Positions 50,197-61,292 of a stretch of 64,000 nucleotides of DNA are shown piece by piece (position 1 is the first letter of the stretch; every line of letters begins with the position of its first letter). The translations under genes and the position numbers were made by a program. The notes beneath the pieces were generated by a model, which was not told where the DNA came from, ran no database searches, and saw only the letters and a program-made list of their open reading frames with translations. Where the stretch lies: NCBI GenBank assembly GCA_963747235.1, contig CAVVEU010000008.1, positions 640,001 to 704,000 of the forward strand, in the 5' to 3' direction. This stretch comes from an uncultured Candidatus Rokubacteria bacterium (GTDB taxonomy: Bacteria > Methylomirabilota > Methylomirabilia > Rokubacteriales > CSP1-6).

Positions 50197-51504
50197 CTAC
50201 TGCCCCGTGGCCGGAACCGTCCGGACCTTCTGCTTGGGCTTGACCAGGTCCTTGCCCTGCAGGATCACCTGGTCCTGCTCGCTCAGCCCCTGCCGGATCT
50301 CCACCACGCGGGAGTCGGAGAGGCCCAGCTCGACGATCACCGGCTCGACCACGCCGCCCCTCACCACCATCACCGACGGGCGGGCCTCGCCCACCCGGAG
50401 CGCCTCCACCGGGACGGTGAGGGCGCCCTTGCGCGTGTCCACCAGCACCTCCGCGCGGGCGAACATCCCGGGCTTGAGCTTGCGGTCCGGGTTCGGGATG
50501 TCCACCTCGACGCCCATGGTGCGGGTGCGCGGATCGAGGCTGTGGACGACCCGCACCACCTTCCCGCCGAAGGTCTGCCCCTGGTACGGGTCCGCGGTGA
50601 TGCTGACCGGCGCGTCCACCGCCACGCGGGCGATGTCGCGCTCCGGCACCTCGATCTGCAGCTTGACGGTCGCGATGTCCTGCAGCACGAGGATGCCGAC
50701 CGAGGTCGTGCTGGTGCCCGCCGACTGCGCGCTGACCGAGGCCCCGTTGTCGAGATTGCGCTGCGAGACGTAGCCCGTGAACGGCGCCATGAGCCGCGTG
50801 TTGGCCAGGTTGGTCTCCGCGAGGTGCCGCGAGGCCCGGTAGGTCTCCACCTGGGCCTCGGAGAGGCGCACCTGGCTCTCCTGGGTCAGCGACCTGAGAC
50901 CTCGGCCACGCGGAGCTGGGCGACCGCGGCCTGGACGCTGGCCGCCGAGGACTCGGTGGTGGTGCGCGCGTTCTCGTAGTCGGTGGCCGAGACGAGGCCG
51001 CGCTCGAAGAGGGTCTTCATGCGCTGGGCCTGCCGCGCGTCGTTGTCCGCGACGGCGCGGGCCTTGGCCAGGTTCGCCTTCTGGTTCTCCAGGTTCGCGC
51101 GCTGCCCCTCGAGGGTGGAGCGCGCGACCTCGAGGCCGGCCTCGCCGGTGAGGAGCGCGGCGCGGGCCTGCTGGAGCGCGGCCTGCAGCTCGAGATCGTC
51201 CACCTCGACCAGGAGCTGCCCCGCCTTGACGAGGTCGCCGCGGTCGGCGTGGATGCGGCGGATATAGCCCGACACCTTCGAGAAGATGGCCGCCTGCTGG
51301 GCGGCCACGATGTCGGCGGTGAACGTGAGCTTGATGTCGAGGTCCCGGCGGGCCGGGCTCAGCACGCCGACCAGGACGTCCGGGCGGGCGCGGGTCACCG
51401 CGCGGGCCTGCTGATCCTTCAGGCGATAGACCACGAGGGTGCCGATCAGGACCAGCAAACCCGAGCAGGACGAGTCCGATACGGTGTCGTTTCAGGAGGC
51501 GCAT
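50197..51504 (-). CDS. RND membrane fusion protein (frame breaks near 50895 and 51460)
   Basis: SKVSGYI..DRGDLVKAGQLL, LMAPFTG and LKPGMFA. Confidence 0.88.
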   Translation of the reverse strand: MRLLKRHRIGLVLLGFAGPDRHPRGLSPEGSAGPRGDPRPPGRPGRRAEPGPPGPRHQAHVHRRHRGRPAGGHLLEGVGLYPPHPRRPRRPRQGGAAPGRGGRSRAAGRAPAGPRRAPHRRGRPRGRALHPRGAAREPGEPEGEPGQGPRRRGQRRAAGPAHEDPLRARPRLGHRLRERAHHHRVLGGQRPGRGRPAPRGRGLRSLTQESQVRLSEAQVETYRASRHLAETNLANTRLMAPFTGYVSQRNLDNGASVSAQSAGTSTTSVGILVLQDIATVKLQIEVPERDIARVAVDAPVSITADPYQGQTFGGKVVRVVHSLDPRTRTMGVEVDIPNPDRKLKPGMFARAEVLVDTRKGALTVPVEALRVGEARPSVMVVRGGVVEPVIVELGLSDSRVVEIRQGLSEQDQVILQGKDLVKPKQKVRTVPATGQ

Positions 51505-51620
51505 GGGCCTAGACTGATCCATCCGGAATATGGACCGAACGAGGCGCCTGGAGGAGTCAATTCCGCCCAATTGTAAGGACCTTTGGACTGTAGTCAAGTT
51601 TGTGAGATAGTCGGCGAGGT

Positions 51621-51667
51621 ACCCCACGCGCAGGTGTGTGCGCGGCCGGGAATACCATGGGTAGAGG
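51621..51667 (+). promoter_or_regulatory. Possible degenerate tandem NrdR boxes
   Basis: ACCCCACGCGCAGGTG (51621) and ATACCATGGGTAGAGG (51652), 31 bp apart, upstream of nrdJ. Confidence 0.35.
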
Positions 51668-51688
51668 AGAGGGGTGGGAAGAAACGCC

Positions 51689-54600
51689 ATGCCGTCCGAG
51701 ACACGACCGTCCAAGGTGGGCCGCTGGTCCGAGCCGGCCCTGCGGGTCCTGCGCGAGCGGTACCTCGCGCGCGAGCAGGGGCAGGTCCGGGAGACCCCGG
51801 AGGAGATGTGCTGGCGGGTCGCCACGGCCATCGCCTCCGCGGAGAGCCGCTTCGGCCGCAGCCCGGCCGCGGTCGGGGAGGTCGCGGCCGCCTTCTACGA
51901 CATGATGGTCGAGGGCTACTTCCTGCCCAACTCCCCCACGCTGATGAACGCGGGCAAGGAGAACGCGCTCCAGTACTCCGCCTGCTACGTGCTGCCGGTG
52001 GGCGACTCGATGGAGGAGATCTTCGAGTCGGTCAAGGCGGCGGCCATCATCCAGCAGTCGGGGGGCGGTACCGGATTCGCCTTCTCCCGCCTCCGCCCCA
52101 AGGACGATGTCGTCCACTCGACGGGCGGGCGGGCGTCCGGGCCGGTGTCCTTCCTGCGCGTGTTCAACGCGGCCACCGAGGCGGTGAAGCAGGGCGGCGC
52201 GCGCCGCGGCGCCAACATGGGCATCCTCCGGGTGGACCATCCGGACGTGCTCGAGTTCATCGAGTGCAAGCTCGACGGCGGCATCACCAACTTCAACATC
52301 TCGGTGGCGGCCACCGACGCCTTCATGGAGGCCCTCGCCGCCGACGCGGAATACGACCTGATCAACCCGCGCACCGGCCAGGTCGCCGGCCGGCTGCGCG
52401 CCCGCGAGGTCTGGGACCGCATCGTGCGCGCGGCGTGGCGCACCGGCGACCCGGGCATGATCTTCCTCGACCGCATCAATCGCAGCCCCGCGAATCCGAC
52501 GCCGGACCTCGGATTGATCGAGGCGACGAACCCCTGCATCAGCGGGGATGCCCTCCTCGCGACCGATCGCGGCCTGCTCCGGATGGAGACGATCGCGGAG
52601 CGCTACCGGGAGGGCGGCCTGGCCGTCAAGGTGGACCAGCGCCTGCTCCCGTCGCGCCTCATGGTGTGGGAAGGCACGAACAACGTGCCGCTCGTCGCCT
52701 ACGGACAGGGGTGCCTGCCGATCAGCCGGGCGTTCCAGTCGGGCAAGCGCGAGACCGTGACGGTGCGGACGGTCGCGGGCTTCGAGCTGACCTGCACGCC
52801 GGATCATCGCCTGATGACGGATCGGGGCTGGGTGGAGGCGGCGGCGCTGCAGATCGGCGTGGACCGTGTCTGGATCCAGAGCGACCCGGGCGCCTTCGCG
52901 GACGACGCGACCCTGCCGGTGTCGGTGCCGTCCGAGTTCGTCGGGAAGAACGGGCGGCGGTACCACCACGCGCTGCCGCAGCGCTGGAGCGCCGAGCTCG
53001 GCCGGGTCCTCGGCTGGCTCGTGGGCGACGGCTGGCTGCGCACCGCCGCCTACTCCGCGCGTCGGCTTCGTGTTCGGCCCCGACGACGACGCCGCGCTCG
53101 AGCGCATCGCGGGCATCGTGACCCCGTGGTTCGGGCGGCCGGTGAAGGTCTGGACCCGCGCGCGGGGCGTGCGGCACCTCATGTATCCCGGCAAATTCTT
53201 CTCGGGGTTCTTCGAGTCGCTCGGCGTTCGTCCGGTGGGCGCGCGCGACAAGACGGTGCCCGAGACCTTGTTCCGGGCGCCGCGTCCGGCGGTCGTCGGC
53301 TTCCTCCAGGGGCTTGTTCTCCGCCGACGGGACGGTGCGAGAATCCCAAGACGAACGCCGGATCGCGCTCACTTCGAAGAGCCGAGATCTGCTCCGGGGC
53401 GTGCAGCTCCTGCTCCTGAATCTCGGGATCAAGAGCAGCGTGATGGACCGGTCGCGGCCGCCCCGCGAAGGACTCTTCCCGCTACCGGACCAAGGCCGGC
53501 GAGCTGCGCTCCTACGGCTCCGACGGCGTGTTGTTCGAGCTCGGGATCTTCGGGAAGTCGCGCGGGCTCTTTCTCCGCGAGATCGGCTTCCTCGACGACA
53601 AGCAGCGTCGGCTCGAGCCCGTGCGCTACGCGGGCTCGTACGCGCAGAAGTGGAGCGATCCGGTGGCCGCGGTCGTGCCCGCCGGGCCGCGCGCGGTCTA
53701 CGACCTGACCGAGCCGCAGAGCCACTCGATGATCGCCAACGGCTTCGTCGTCCACCAATGCGGCGAGCAGCCGCTCTTGCCGAACGACGCGTGCAATCTC
53801 GGCTCGGTGAACGTGGCGAAGTTCGCGGTCGAGCGGGCGGGGCAGTGGGAGCTCGACTGGGGCGAGCTCGAGCGGGTGGTGCGCCTCGCGGTGCGCTTCC
53901 TCGACGACGTGATCGAGGTGAATCCGTATCCGCTCGAGCAGGTGGACGAGATGGTGAAGGCCAACCGCCGCGTGGGCCTGGGCGTCATGGGCTGGGCGGA
54001 CCTGCTCTTCACGCTCGGCATCCCCTACGACAGCGAGGAAGCGCTCGATCTGGCCGAGCGCCTGATGGCCTTCGTGAAGGACCGGGGCCACGACCAGTCG
54101 GCCCGCCTGGCCGAGGAGCGCGGCCCCTTCCCGCACTGGGGGCGCTCCATCTACCGCCACCGCCGGCCGCTGCGCAATGCCACCGTGACCACCATCGCGC
54201 CCACCGGGACCATCTCGATGATCGCGGGCTGCTCCTCCGGCATCGAGCCCGTGTTCGCGCTGGCCTTCGAGCACCGCGTGAAGGGGCCGGACGGCGAGCG
54301 CGTGCTGCCCTTCTTCAGCGAGACCTTCGAGCGGCTGGCCCGGCGTCAGGGTTTCCATACCGAGGCCCTGATGACGGAGGTGGCCCGCCGCGGCTCGCTG
54401 GCGGGCGTCGAGGGCGTGCCCGCCGCCGCGCGTGAGGTCTTCAAGACCGCGCACGAGATCGACGCGGTCTGGCACGTGCGGCACCAGGCCGCCTTCCAGA
54501 AGCACACCGACAACGGGGTGTCGAAGACGATCAACCTGCCCGAGAGCGCGACCGAAGCCGACGTGGCGGCCGCCTACCGGCAGGCGTGGGACCTGGGCTG

Positions 54601-55195
54601 CCTCGGCATCACCGTCTTCCGCGACGGCTCCAAGGGCACCCAGGTCCTCAACATGGGCGTGCGCGCCGAGGGCGCCGCGGTGGAGCCGGGGCAGCGCGGC
54701 GTGAAGCCGCGCCCGCACAGCCTCACCGGGGCGACGTACCGGATGGAGACGCCGATCGGGACCGCCTTCATCACCGTCAACGACAATGGCGGCGGCGAGC
54801 CCTTCGAGGTCTTCGTGCAGGTGGGCAAGGCGGGCTCGGACACGATGGCGGTGGCGGAGGCCCTCGGCCGGCTCGTCTCGCTCGTGCTCCGGCTGCCCTC
54901 GCCGCTGTCGCCGCGGCAGCGGCTCGAGGCGGCGATCAGCCAGCTCTCGTTCATCGGCGGCGGCCAGCCGACCGGCTTCGGCGCGGCCAAGGTGCTCTCG
55001 CTCCCCGACGCGCTCGCGCGCACGCTCGCCGAGCACATCGGGACGCCGCGCGCGACGCCGGCCACCGCGACCGCTCCCGCGCCGGGCGGCGGGCTGCGCC
55101 GGGTGGGGGATCTCTGCCGCGAGTGCGGCCAGGCCACGCTGGTGTACGAGGAAGGGTGCAAGAAGTGTCTCTCCTGCGGGTTCAACGAGTGCTAG
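51689..55195 (+). CDS. nrdJ: Class II (B12-dependent) ribonucleotide reductase with intein, TSCPD domain and Zn ribbon
   Basis: [29 protein letters not shown]|[25 protein letters not shown] and C-terminal CREC..CLSC. Confidence 0.92.
52535..53758 (+). mobile_element. Intein with LAGLIDADG homing endonuclease at the NP/CGEQ (RIR1-b-type) site; ends in His-Gln
   Basis: Block [14 protein letters not shown], block B TPDHRL, blocks [10 protein letters not shown] and FLQGLFSADG, block F VYDLT, block G ANGFVVHQ|C. Confidence 0.93.
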
Positions 55196-55204
55196 GGGGC
55201 GGTC

Positions 55205-55523
55205 ATGTTCTCGGGCGGTGACTACGACGAGGTCGCTCGCTGGCTGCGCAACTTCGTGCTCGCGCACGCCAAGCGGGAGAACCTGCGCGTCGAGGCGGTG
55301 GTGGAGACCGAGGGCCCGCGCGAGGGGCAGAGCTACGGCGTCCGCCTGCGGCTCGGCGACGGCCTGCGGCCCGCGCCGCCCGCGCCCGCGGTGGAGCTCG
55401 GCTTCCCCGAGGTCGCGCAGAACCGCGGGAGCCTCGCGTGGTGCAGCGGCGCTCGCGGATCGGGTGCGCGCGCTCGCGCGCGAGTTCCCCGCGGCCGGGC
55501 CGGCCCCGCTCCGTTCCGCCTGA
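55205..55523 (+). CDS. Hypothetical protein (frame break near 55447)
   Basis: MFSGGDYDEVARWLRNFVLAHAKRE with host-like codon usage. The C-terminus ALADRVRALARE lies in the shifted frame. Confidence 0.55.
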
Positions 55524-55527
55524 TCCG

Positions 55528-57067
55528 GTGAGGACGGCGCCGGCCGTCCGCTGGTGGGCCCCCGGTGACTGGAACGCGTTCTTCGGGCTCGCGCTCGACA
55601 ACCTCGGCCTCTTCGTCATCTTCTCGGGTCTCCTGATCGGGGTCTTCGGCTTTCCCTCCGACCTCGTGCTCCACGTCATGGTCCCGGGGACCGCGGTGGG
55701 CGTGCTCCTGGGCAACCTCGATCTACACCGGCCTCGCGGTGCGGCTGATGCGACGCACCGGCCGGAGCGACGTGACCGCGATGCCCTTCGGCCTCGACAC
55801 GCCCTCGCTCTTCGGGATCGTCTTCGGCGTCCTCGGCCCCGCGATGCTCCTCACGCGCGATCCGGTGATGGCCTGGAAGATCGGCATGGGCGTCACGGTG
55901 GCGATGGGCGTGATCAAGCTCGGCTGCGCGTTCGCGGGCGACTGGGCGCGCCGCGTGGTGCCGCGGGCCGCGCTGCTCGGCTCCATCGCGGGCGTCGCGG
56001 TCCTGCTCATCGCCTTCCTGCCCTCGCTGCGCATCTTCGGCGATCCGCTGGTCGGCGTGGTGTCGCTGGTCGTCCTGCTCGCCGCGCTGATGGGCGGGGT
56101 GCGGATGCCGTGGGGGCTGCCGGGCGCGCTGGCCGCGGTGCTGGCGGGGACGCTCATCTTCTGGGGCCGCTGGGCGCTCGAGGCCGCCACCGGGACGCCG
56201 GGGCCGCATCCGGCGATCACGCTCGGCGCCCTCGGCCTGGCCCTGCCGCTGCCGACGCTGGCCTGGCTCGACGCCCTCGACGCCACGCTGCCGTACCTGC
56301 CGCTCGCGGTGCCCTTCGCGCTGGCCACCGTGGTGGGCGGCATCGACAACACCGAGTCGGCCATCGTGGCGGGCGACGAGTACCGCACGCGCGACATCCT
56401 GCTGACCGAGGCGATCGCGACGATCGCGGCCGGCTGCTGCGGCGGCGTGATCCAGAACACGCCGTACATCGGCCACCCCGCGTACAAGGCGATGGGCGCG
56501 CGGGCCGGCTACACGCTGGCCACCGGCCTGCTGATCGGCGTCGGCGCCGCGGTGGGCGTCGTCGCGGTGCTCGTGCGGCTCCTGCCGGAGGCGGCCGTCG
56601 CGCCGATCCTGGTCTTCGTGGGCCTCCAGATCACCGCGCAGGCGTTCCTCGCCTCACCGCCGCGGCACGCCCCCGCCGTCGCGGTGTCCTTCCTGCCCGC
56701 GGTGGCCGCGCTGGTCGTGATCGAGGGCGGCCTCCTGCTCGGCGGGGCGGGCAAGAGTCCGGCGGATCTGACGGGCGAGGGCCGGCTCCTGTGGGGCGCG
56801 CTCCTGGTCCTGGGGAACGGCTTCATCCTGACCGCGCTGGTGTGGGGCTCGGCGCTGGTCGCGATCATCGACCGCCGCCTGCGGGTCGCGGCGGCGGTGC
56901 TGGCGATCGCGGCGGTGGCGACGCTCTTCGGGTTGATTCACTCGCCGCTGCCCGGCGGGGCCGTGTTCTGGCCGTGGGCGGTGGCGAGCGGGACGCCGCA
57001 CGCGCTGGCCGGCGCCTACGGGGTCGCCGCGTCGATCCTGCTGCTGCTGGGTCGCGGGGACGCCTAG
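55528..57067 (+). CDS. NCS2/xanthine-uracil-like permease (frame break near 55720)
   Basis: GDWNAFFGLALDNL, TAMPFGLDTPS, ESAIVAGDEY and TPYIGHPAYKAMG, with many TM helices. Confidence 0.8.
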
Positions 57068-58391
57068 CTCCCGATCGCGTCCAGCATCTCGCGGTCGCTG
57101 CGGAACTTGAACTCCTCCACCTTGTCCGTCGCCGCGCGCGCCTTCTCCGCCGCCTCGAGCCGCAGCACCGCGGCGTAGTCCACGACGACGGCGCCCCGCT
57201 CGGCGAGCGTGCGGCGCAGCGACTCGACCGCCTGCTCGGCCTCCGCGCGCGGCCGCTTCGGCCGGGCCGTGAGATAGCCGGCCACGTGCTTGATCCCGGT
57301 CTCCGCGTCGAGCCGCGCGCGGCCCACCACGCCGTCGCTGGCGCGCCGGGCCCAGCCGACCACGAACACGCCCGGCTGCGCCGCCCCGGCGCCGGGATCG
57401 AGCACCTGGTAGGCCGCGGCAGGATCCTCGCCGGGCACCGTGAGATAGAGCCCGTCCTTGTAGGGCAGGCCCGCGTCCTCGTCCACGCGGTCGCCGACCG
57501 CGAACACCACGGTGTCGGCCGGGATCACCGACGTGAGGCCGGTGCCGGCCGCGACGATGCGGTCGCCCTTGCGCTCGAGCCGGTTCTCCTCCACCTCGAG
57601 TCCGACCACGCGGCCTTCCTCGCGCGACCACGCGCCGGGGCGAGGCCAGGAAGCGGAAGCGCAGACGGGCGTGGGCCGCGCGGCGACGGCTCGGGCTTGG
57701 CCGCGAGCGCGGTCAGCAGGTCGTCGGGATTCTGGCCCGCCGCCACGAGCCGCGGCCGGACGCGCTCGATCTCCTCGCGATAGAGGGCGTGGTCGAAGGC
57801 ATCCTCGACGTCCTCGAACTCGCGGTCGTCGTACGCCTTCTCGAACGGGCCGCGCCGCGCGATCGCGATGATCTCGTCGCAGTCCGTGAAGTGGGCGCAG
57901 TAGTTCGCGATGTCCACCATCACGTTGCCGACGCCCACGATGGCCACGCGGCGGCCCATGGGGAAGGGCCGCTCGCTGAAGGGCGGCAGGCGGTTGTAGT
58001 GATAGACGAGGTCCTTGGCGTGGTAGACGCCCGGCAGCCGCTCGCCGTCGACGCCCAGATACTTGGTGCCCTGCGCGCCGATCGCGTAGACGAGCGCGTC
58101 GAAGCCGAGGCTCGCCAGGCCGGGAACCGTGAGATCACCCTTGTTCGAGATCGTCACGTGTCCAAGGTAGGTTATGAGCGGGTCGGTGAGGATCTTGTGG
58201 AACTGACGGCGCAGGCCGCCCTTCATCTTGTACTTGTTGAGGAAGATGCCGTACTCGGCCAGCCCGCCCGGCTTGATGTCCCGGTTGAGCAGGACCACGC
58301 GGGCGCCGGTCGCGGCGAGGGCGCGGGCGGCGAAGAGACCGGCGGGCCCCGCGCCGATCACCGCGACGAGATGGACGGGTTCGTCGGCCAT
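57064..58391 (-). CDS. Ferredoxin-NADP+ reductase (FprA/adrenodoxin reductase-like; frame breaks near 57615-57690)
   Basis: VAVIGAGPAG, PGGLAEYGI, IVGVGNV and FVVGWARR..GVVG. Confidence 0.82.
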
Positions 58392-58538
58392 GACCGCCGA
58401 GACGATAGCACAACCGGAGAAGCACTTGACCGCTCCCACTTGACCCCCTACGGACGGGTGGTGTTAAATGACAGTGCGTTTCGTCAATGATGACGGGGCG
58501 ATTCGCTTCACGTTCCCGCTACCAGAGGAGGCTCCTCG

Positions 58539-58967
58539 ATGAAGTCGCTGTCGCTCGCTACCCGTGCCGGTGGACTCGCCCTGGCCGTGGCCCTGCTGGT
58601 CCTCGCCTCGGGCCGTGGCCCCGCGGATGTGGCCGCCCAGACCGGGCCGTGGGTCGCCCCCGCGTCGGAGAAGGGGAAGAAGAACCCGCTGCCCGCCGAC
58701 AAGAAGACGATCGAGCAGGGCGAGAAGGTCGCCAAGATCAACTGCGTGTCGTGCCACGGGCCCCTGGGCAAGGGCAACGGACCCGCCGCGGTCGCGCTCA
58801 ATCCCAAGCCGGCGGACTGGACGTCGAAGCGGGTGCAGGACGAGCCGGACGGGGAGATCTTCTGGAAGGTCACCAACGGGCGCGGGGCCATGCCCTCGTG
58901 GCGGCACCTGCCCGAGAACGACCGCTGGGCCGTCGTCCGATTCATCCGCACGCTCGCCGGGAAGTGA
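58539..58967 (+). CDS. Class I c-type cytochrome
   Basis: Signal peptide, CVSCH, GKGNGP and GRGAMP. SD gaggagg. Confidence 0.92.
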   Translation: MKSLSLATRAGGLALAVALLVLASGRGPADVAAQTGPWVAPASEKGKKNPLPADKKTIEQGEKVAKINCVSCHGPLGKGNGPAAVALNPKPADWTSKRVQDEPDGEIFWKVTNGRGAMPSWRHLPENDRWAVVRFIRTLAGK

Positions 58968-58996
58968 CGGCCCCACCCAGCTCGAGGCGCCGCTAG

Positions 58997-61292
58997 ATGA
59001 CCGGCGACTCCGTCCGCGCCGCGCTCTCGCAGCTGGGCGATGTCCTCGAGCATCTCCGGGAGCGCCTGGGCGACGGACCGAGTCCGGAGCTCCATCCCGA
59101 CCGGGACGCGCACGCCCTCGACATCTTCCAGGAGGTCCTCTCGGTCCCGCCGCTCGGGCTGCCGCCCGGCGAGCTGTTCGGCCTGGCGATGGATCGTGTC
59201 TCCCGGCTGCTGGCCGCGGATCGCGCGCTGCTGTTCGTCCTGGACGACGTGACCGGGCGTCTCGTGCCCCGCTCGGCTCGCGGCTTCCGGCGCGACGACC
59301 TCGAGACCGTCGTGCTCGATCCGGGCGAGGGGCTGGTCGGGCGCGTCTTCGCCGAGAAGCGTGTGCTGACCTACGATGCGGCCGCCGAGCCGTCCGGTCG
59401 CGATCCCTTCGTCGAGCGGTTCCCGATGCGGCAGGGCATCGCGGTGCCGGTGCGGACCGAGGGCGAGGTCGCCGGCGTGCTCTTCGCGGGTCGCCAGGAT
59501 CTGGGCGCGCCCTTCACCACGACCGACGTGCTCCTGCTCCTCGTGATCGCCGATCGCGTCGGCTCCTCGCTCGTCCACCAGCGGCTGCTCGAGCGCCGCG
59601 GCGATCACCTGGCGCACCTGCGGGAGCTGCGCGGGCTCGTGGACGCGAACCTCCCCGCGCGGGAGCCGCGCGAGATCCTGGCCCGCGCCTGCGACGCGGC
59701 CTGCCGGCTGGCGGGCGTGCGAGGCGCCCTCGCGCTGGCCGGCGCGGCACCGGGGCGCATCGGCGTGCTCGCGGGCGCGGGCCTGCTCGCCAGCGTCGGG
59801 CCCGAGCGTTTCCGCGCGGACGACGACCTGCTCGTGGAGGGCTTCGCGGCCGACGGTCCGGTGGCGATCCGCGACCTCCAGGCCCGGCGCCCCGGTCGTC
59901 CCCGTGTTAGAGCCAACCATCTTCGAGCCCAGCGTGTTCGAGGAAGAGGGCATTCGCGCGGCCCTGCTGGTGCCGATGCGCGCGCGCGGGCGCGTGGTCG
60001 GGCTCCTCTGCCTGGCGGACCCGGAGCCGCGGGACTTCTCGCCGGAGGAAACGGAGTCCGCGCTGATGCTGGCCGCCCTCACCGCGGGCGCGCTCGAGAC
60101 GGAGCGGCAGATCGCCGAGAGCCGCCACGCGGTCGCCGCCCACGAAGCGGAGCAGGCCGGCGTGGCGCGGGCCGAGCGGACGCGCGTGCTGGCCGCCCTC
60201 GGGGCCGGGCTCACGCGCGAGCTCCACCCGGTCTTCGCGACGCTGCTGGGCCGCGCGCAGCTCCTGCTCGCCCGCGCCCCGAACGATCCCCTGCGCGAAG
60301 GCCTGGTCGCGCTCGAGGAAGCCGCGTGGCGCGGCACCGATCTGCTCCAGCGGCTGCTCGGGCTGGCGGAGGCCGATCAGCGCGGTGGGGTCGCGGAGCT
60401 GCCGGCCATCGCGCAGGAGGCGGTGAGCTTCGCCCGCGCGCGCTTGCGGGCCGAGCCCGAGTCGCGCGGCGCGATCGAGATGACCGCGGACCTGGGCGCG
60501 ACGCCGCCGGTCGAGGCGGGCGCGGTCGCGCTGCGGGAGGCGGTGGTCGGCCTCGTGCTGAACGCGGTGGAGGCGATGCCCGCGGGCGGGACCCTGACCG
60601 TGCGCACCCGCGCCCACGAGGGTGGCGCCGAGCTGGTCCTGGTGGACACGGGCGAGGGCATCCCGCCCGAGATCCGCCCGCGCATCTTCGATCCCTTCTT
60701 CACCACGCGGCCCGGCCATCTCGGACTCGGGCTCTCCGTGGCCGAGGCGGTGGTGCTCCGCGCGGGCGGGCGCCTCGAGGTGGACCGCGCCGGCGCCGGC
60801 GGCGGCACGCGGGTCACGGTGTGGCTGCCCGCGGCGGGAGTGCGGCCGGCCGCGCCCCCGCCGGAGGCCGCCGAGCCGGCGCGCTCCGCCGCGACCGAAG
60901 CCCGTCCGCACGCTTCGCTCACCGGCTCCGTCCTCGTGGTCGAGGAGGAAGAGGGGATCCGCACCGAGGTGCTCGATACCCTCATGGCGGTGGGGCATCG
61001 CGTGGAGGCGGTGCCGGACGCGGACGCCGCGCTGGCGCGGCTCGGCCAGGGCGGCATCGACGTGGTCCTCACCGATCTGGCCCTGCGCGATCGGTCGGGG
61101 CTCCATCTCGCGTCCGCGGTCAAGAAGCGGAGTCCCGGGACGGCGGTGGTGCTGCTCACCGGGTGGGGCCGCCGGCTGCACGAGGAGCGGCTCCGCGAAT
61201 GCGGCGTGGACGTGATGCTGGTGAAGCCCGTGCAGCCCGATCGGGTCCGCGAAGCGGTCGCGGACGCGCTCACCCTCCGCCGCCCGGCGTGA
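58997..61292 (+). CDS. GAF-GAF hybrid sensor kinase-like protein with receiver domain; degenerate H-box (frame break near 59900)
   Basis: Two GAF domains, NAVEAM, DTGEGI, FDPFFTT, LGLGL and receiver DVVLTD..KP. Confidence 0.82.

Noticed and set aside
58423-58495. CACTTGACC direct repeat and CGTCA-ATGA-TGACG palindrome between the FNR and cytochrome c genes
   Set aside because: Could be regulator sites, but they are short and match no consensus I can name confidently.
59900-59950. Short imperfect repeats (VLEPTIFEPSVFEE) in the kinase GAF domain
   Set aside because: Only about three degenerate 15-bp units next to a frame break, with no other copy seen, so too weak to interpret.
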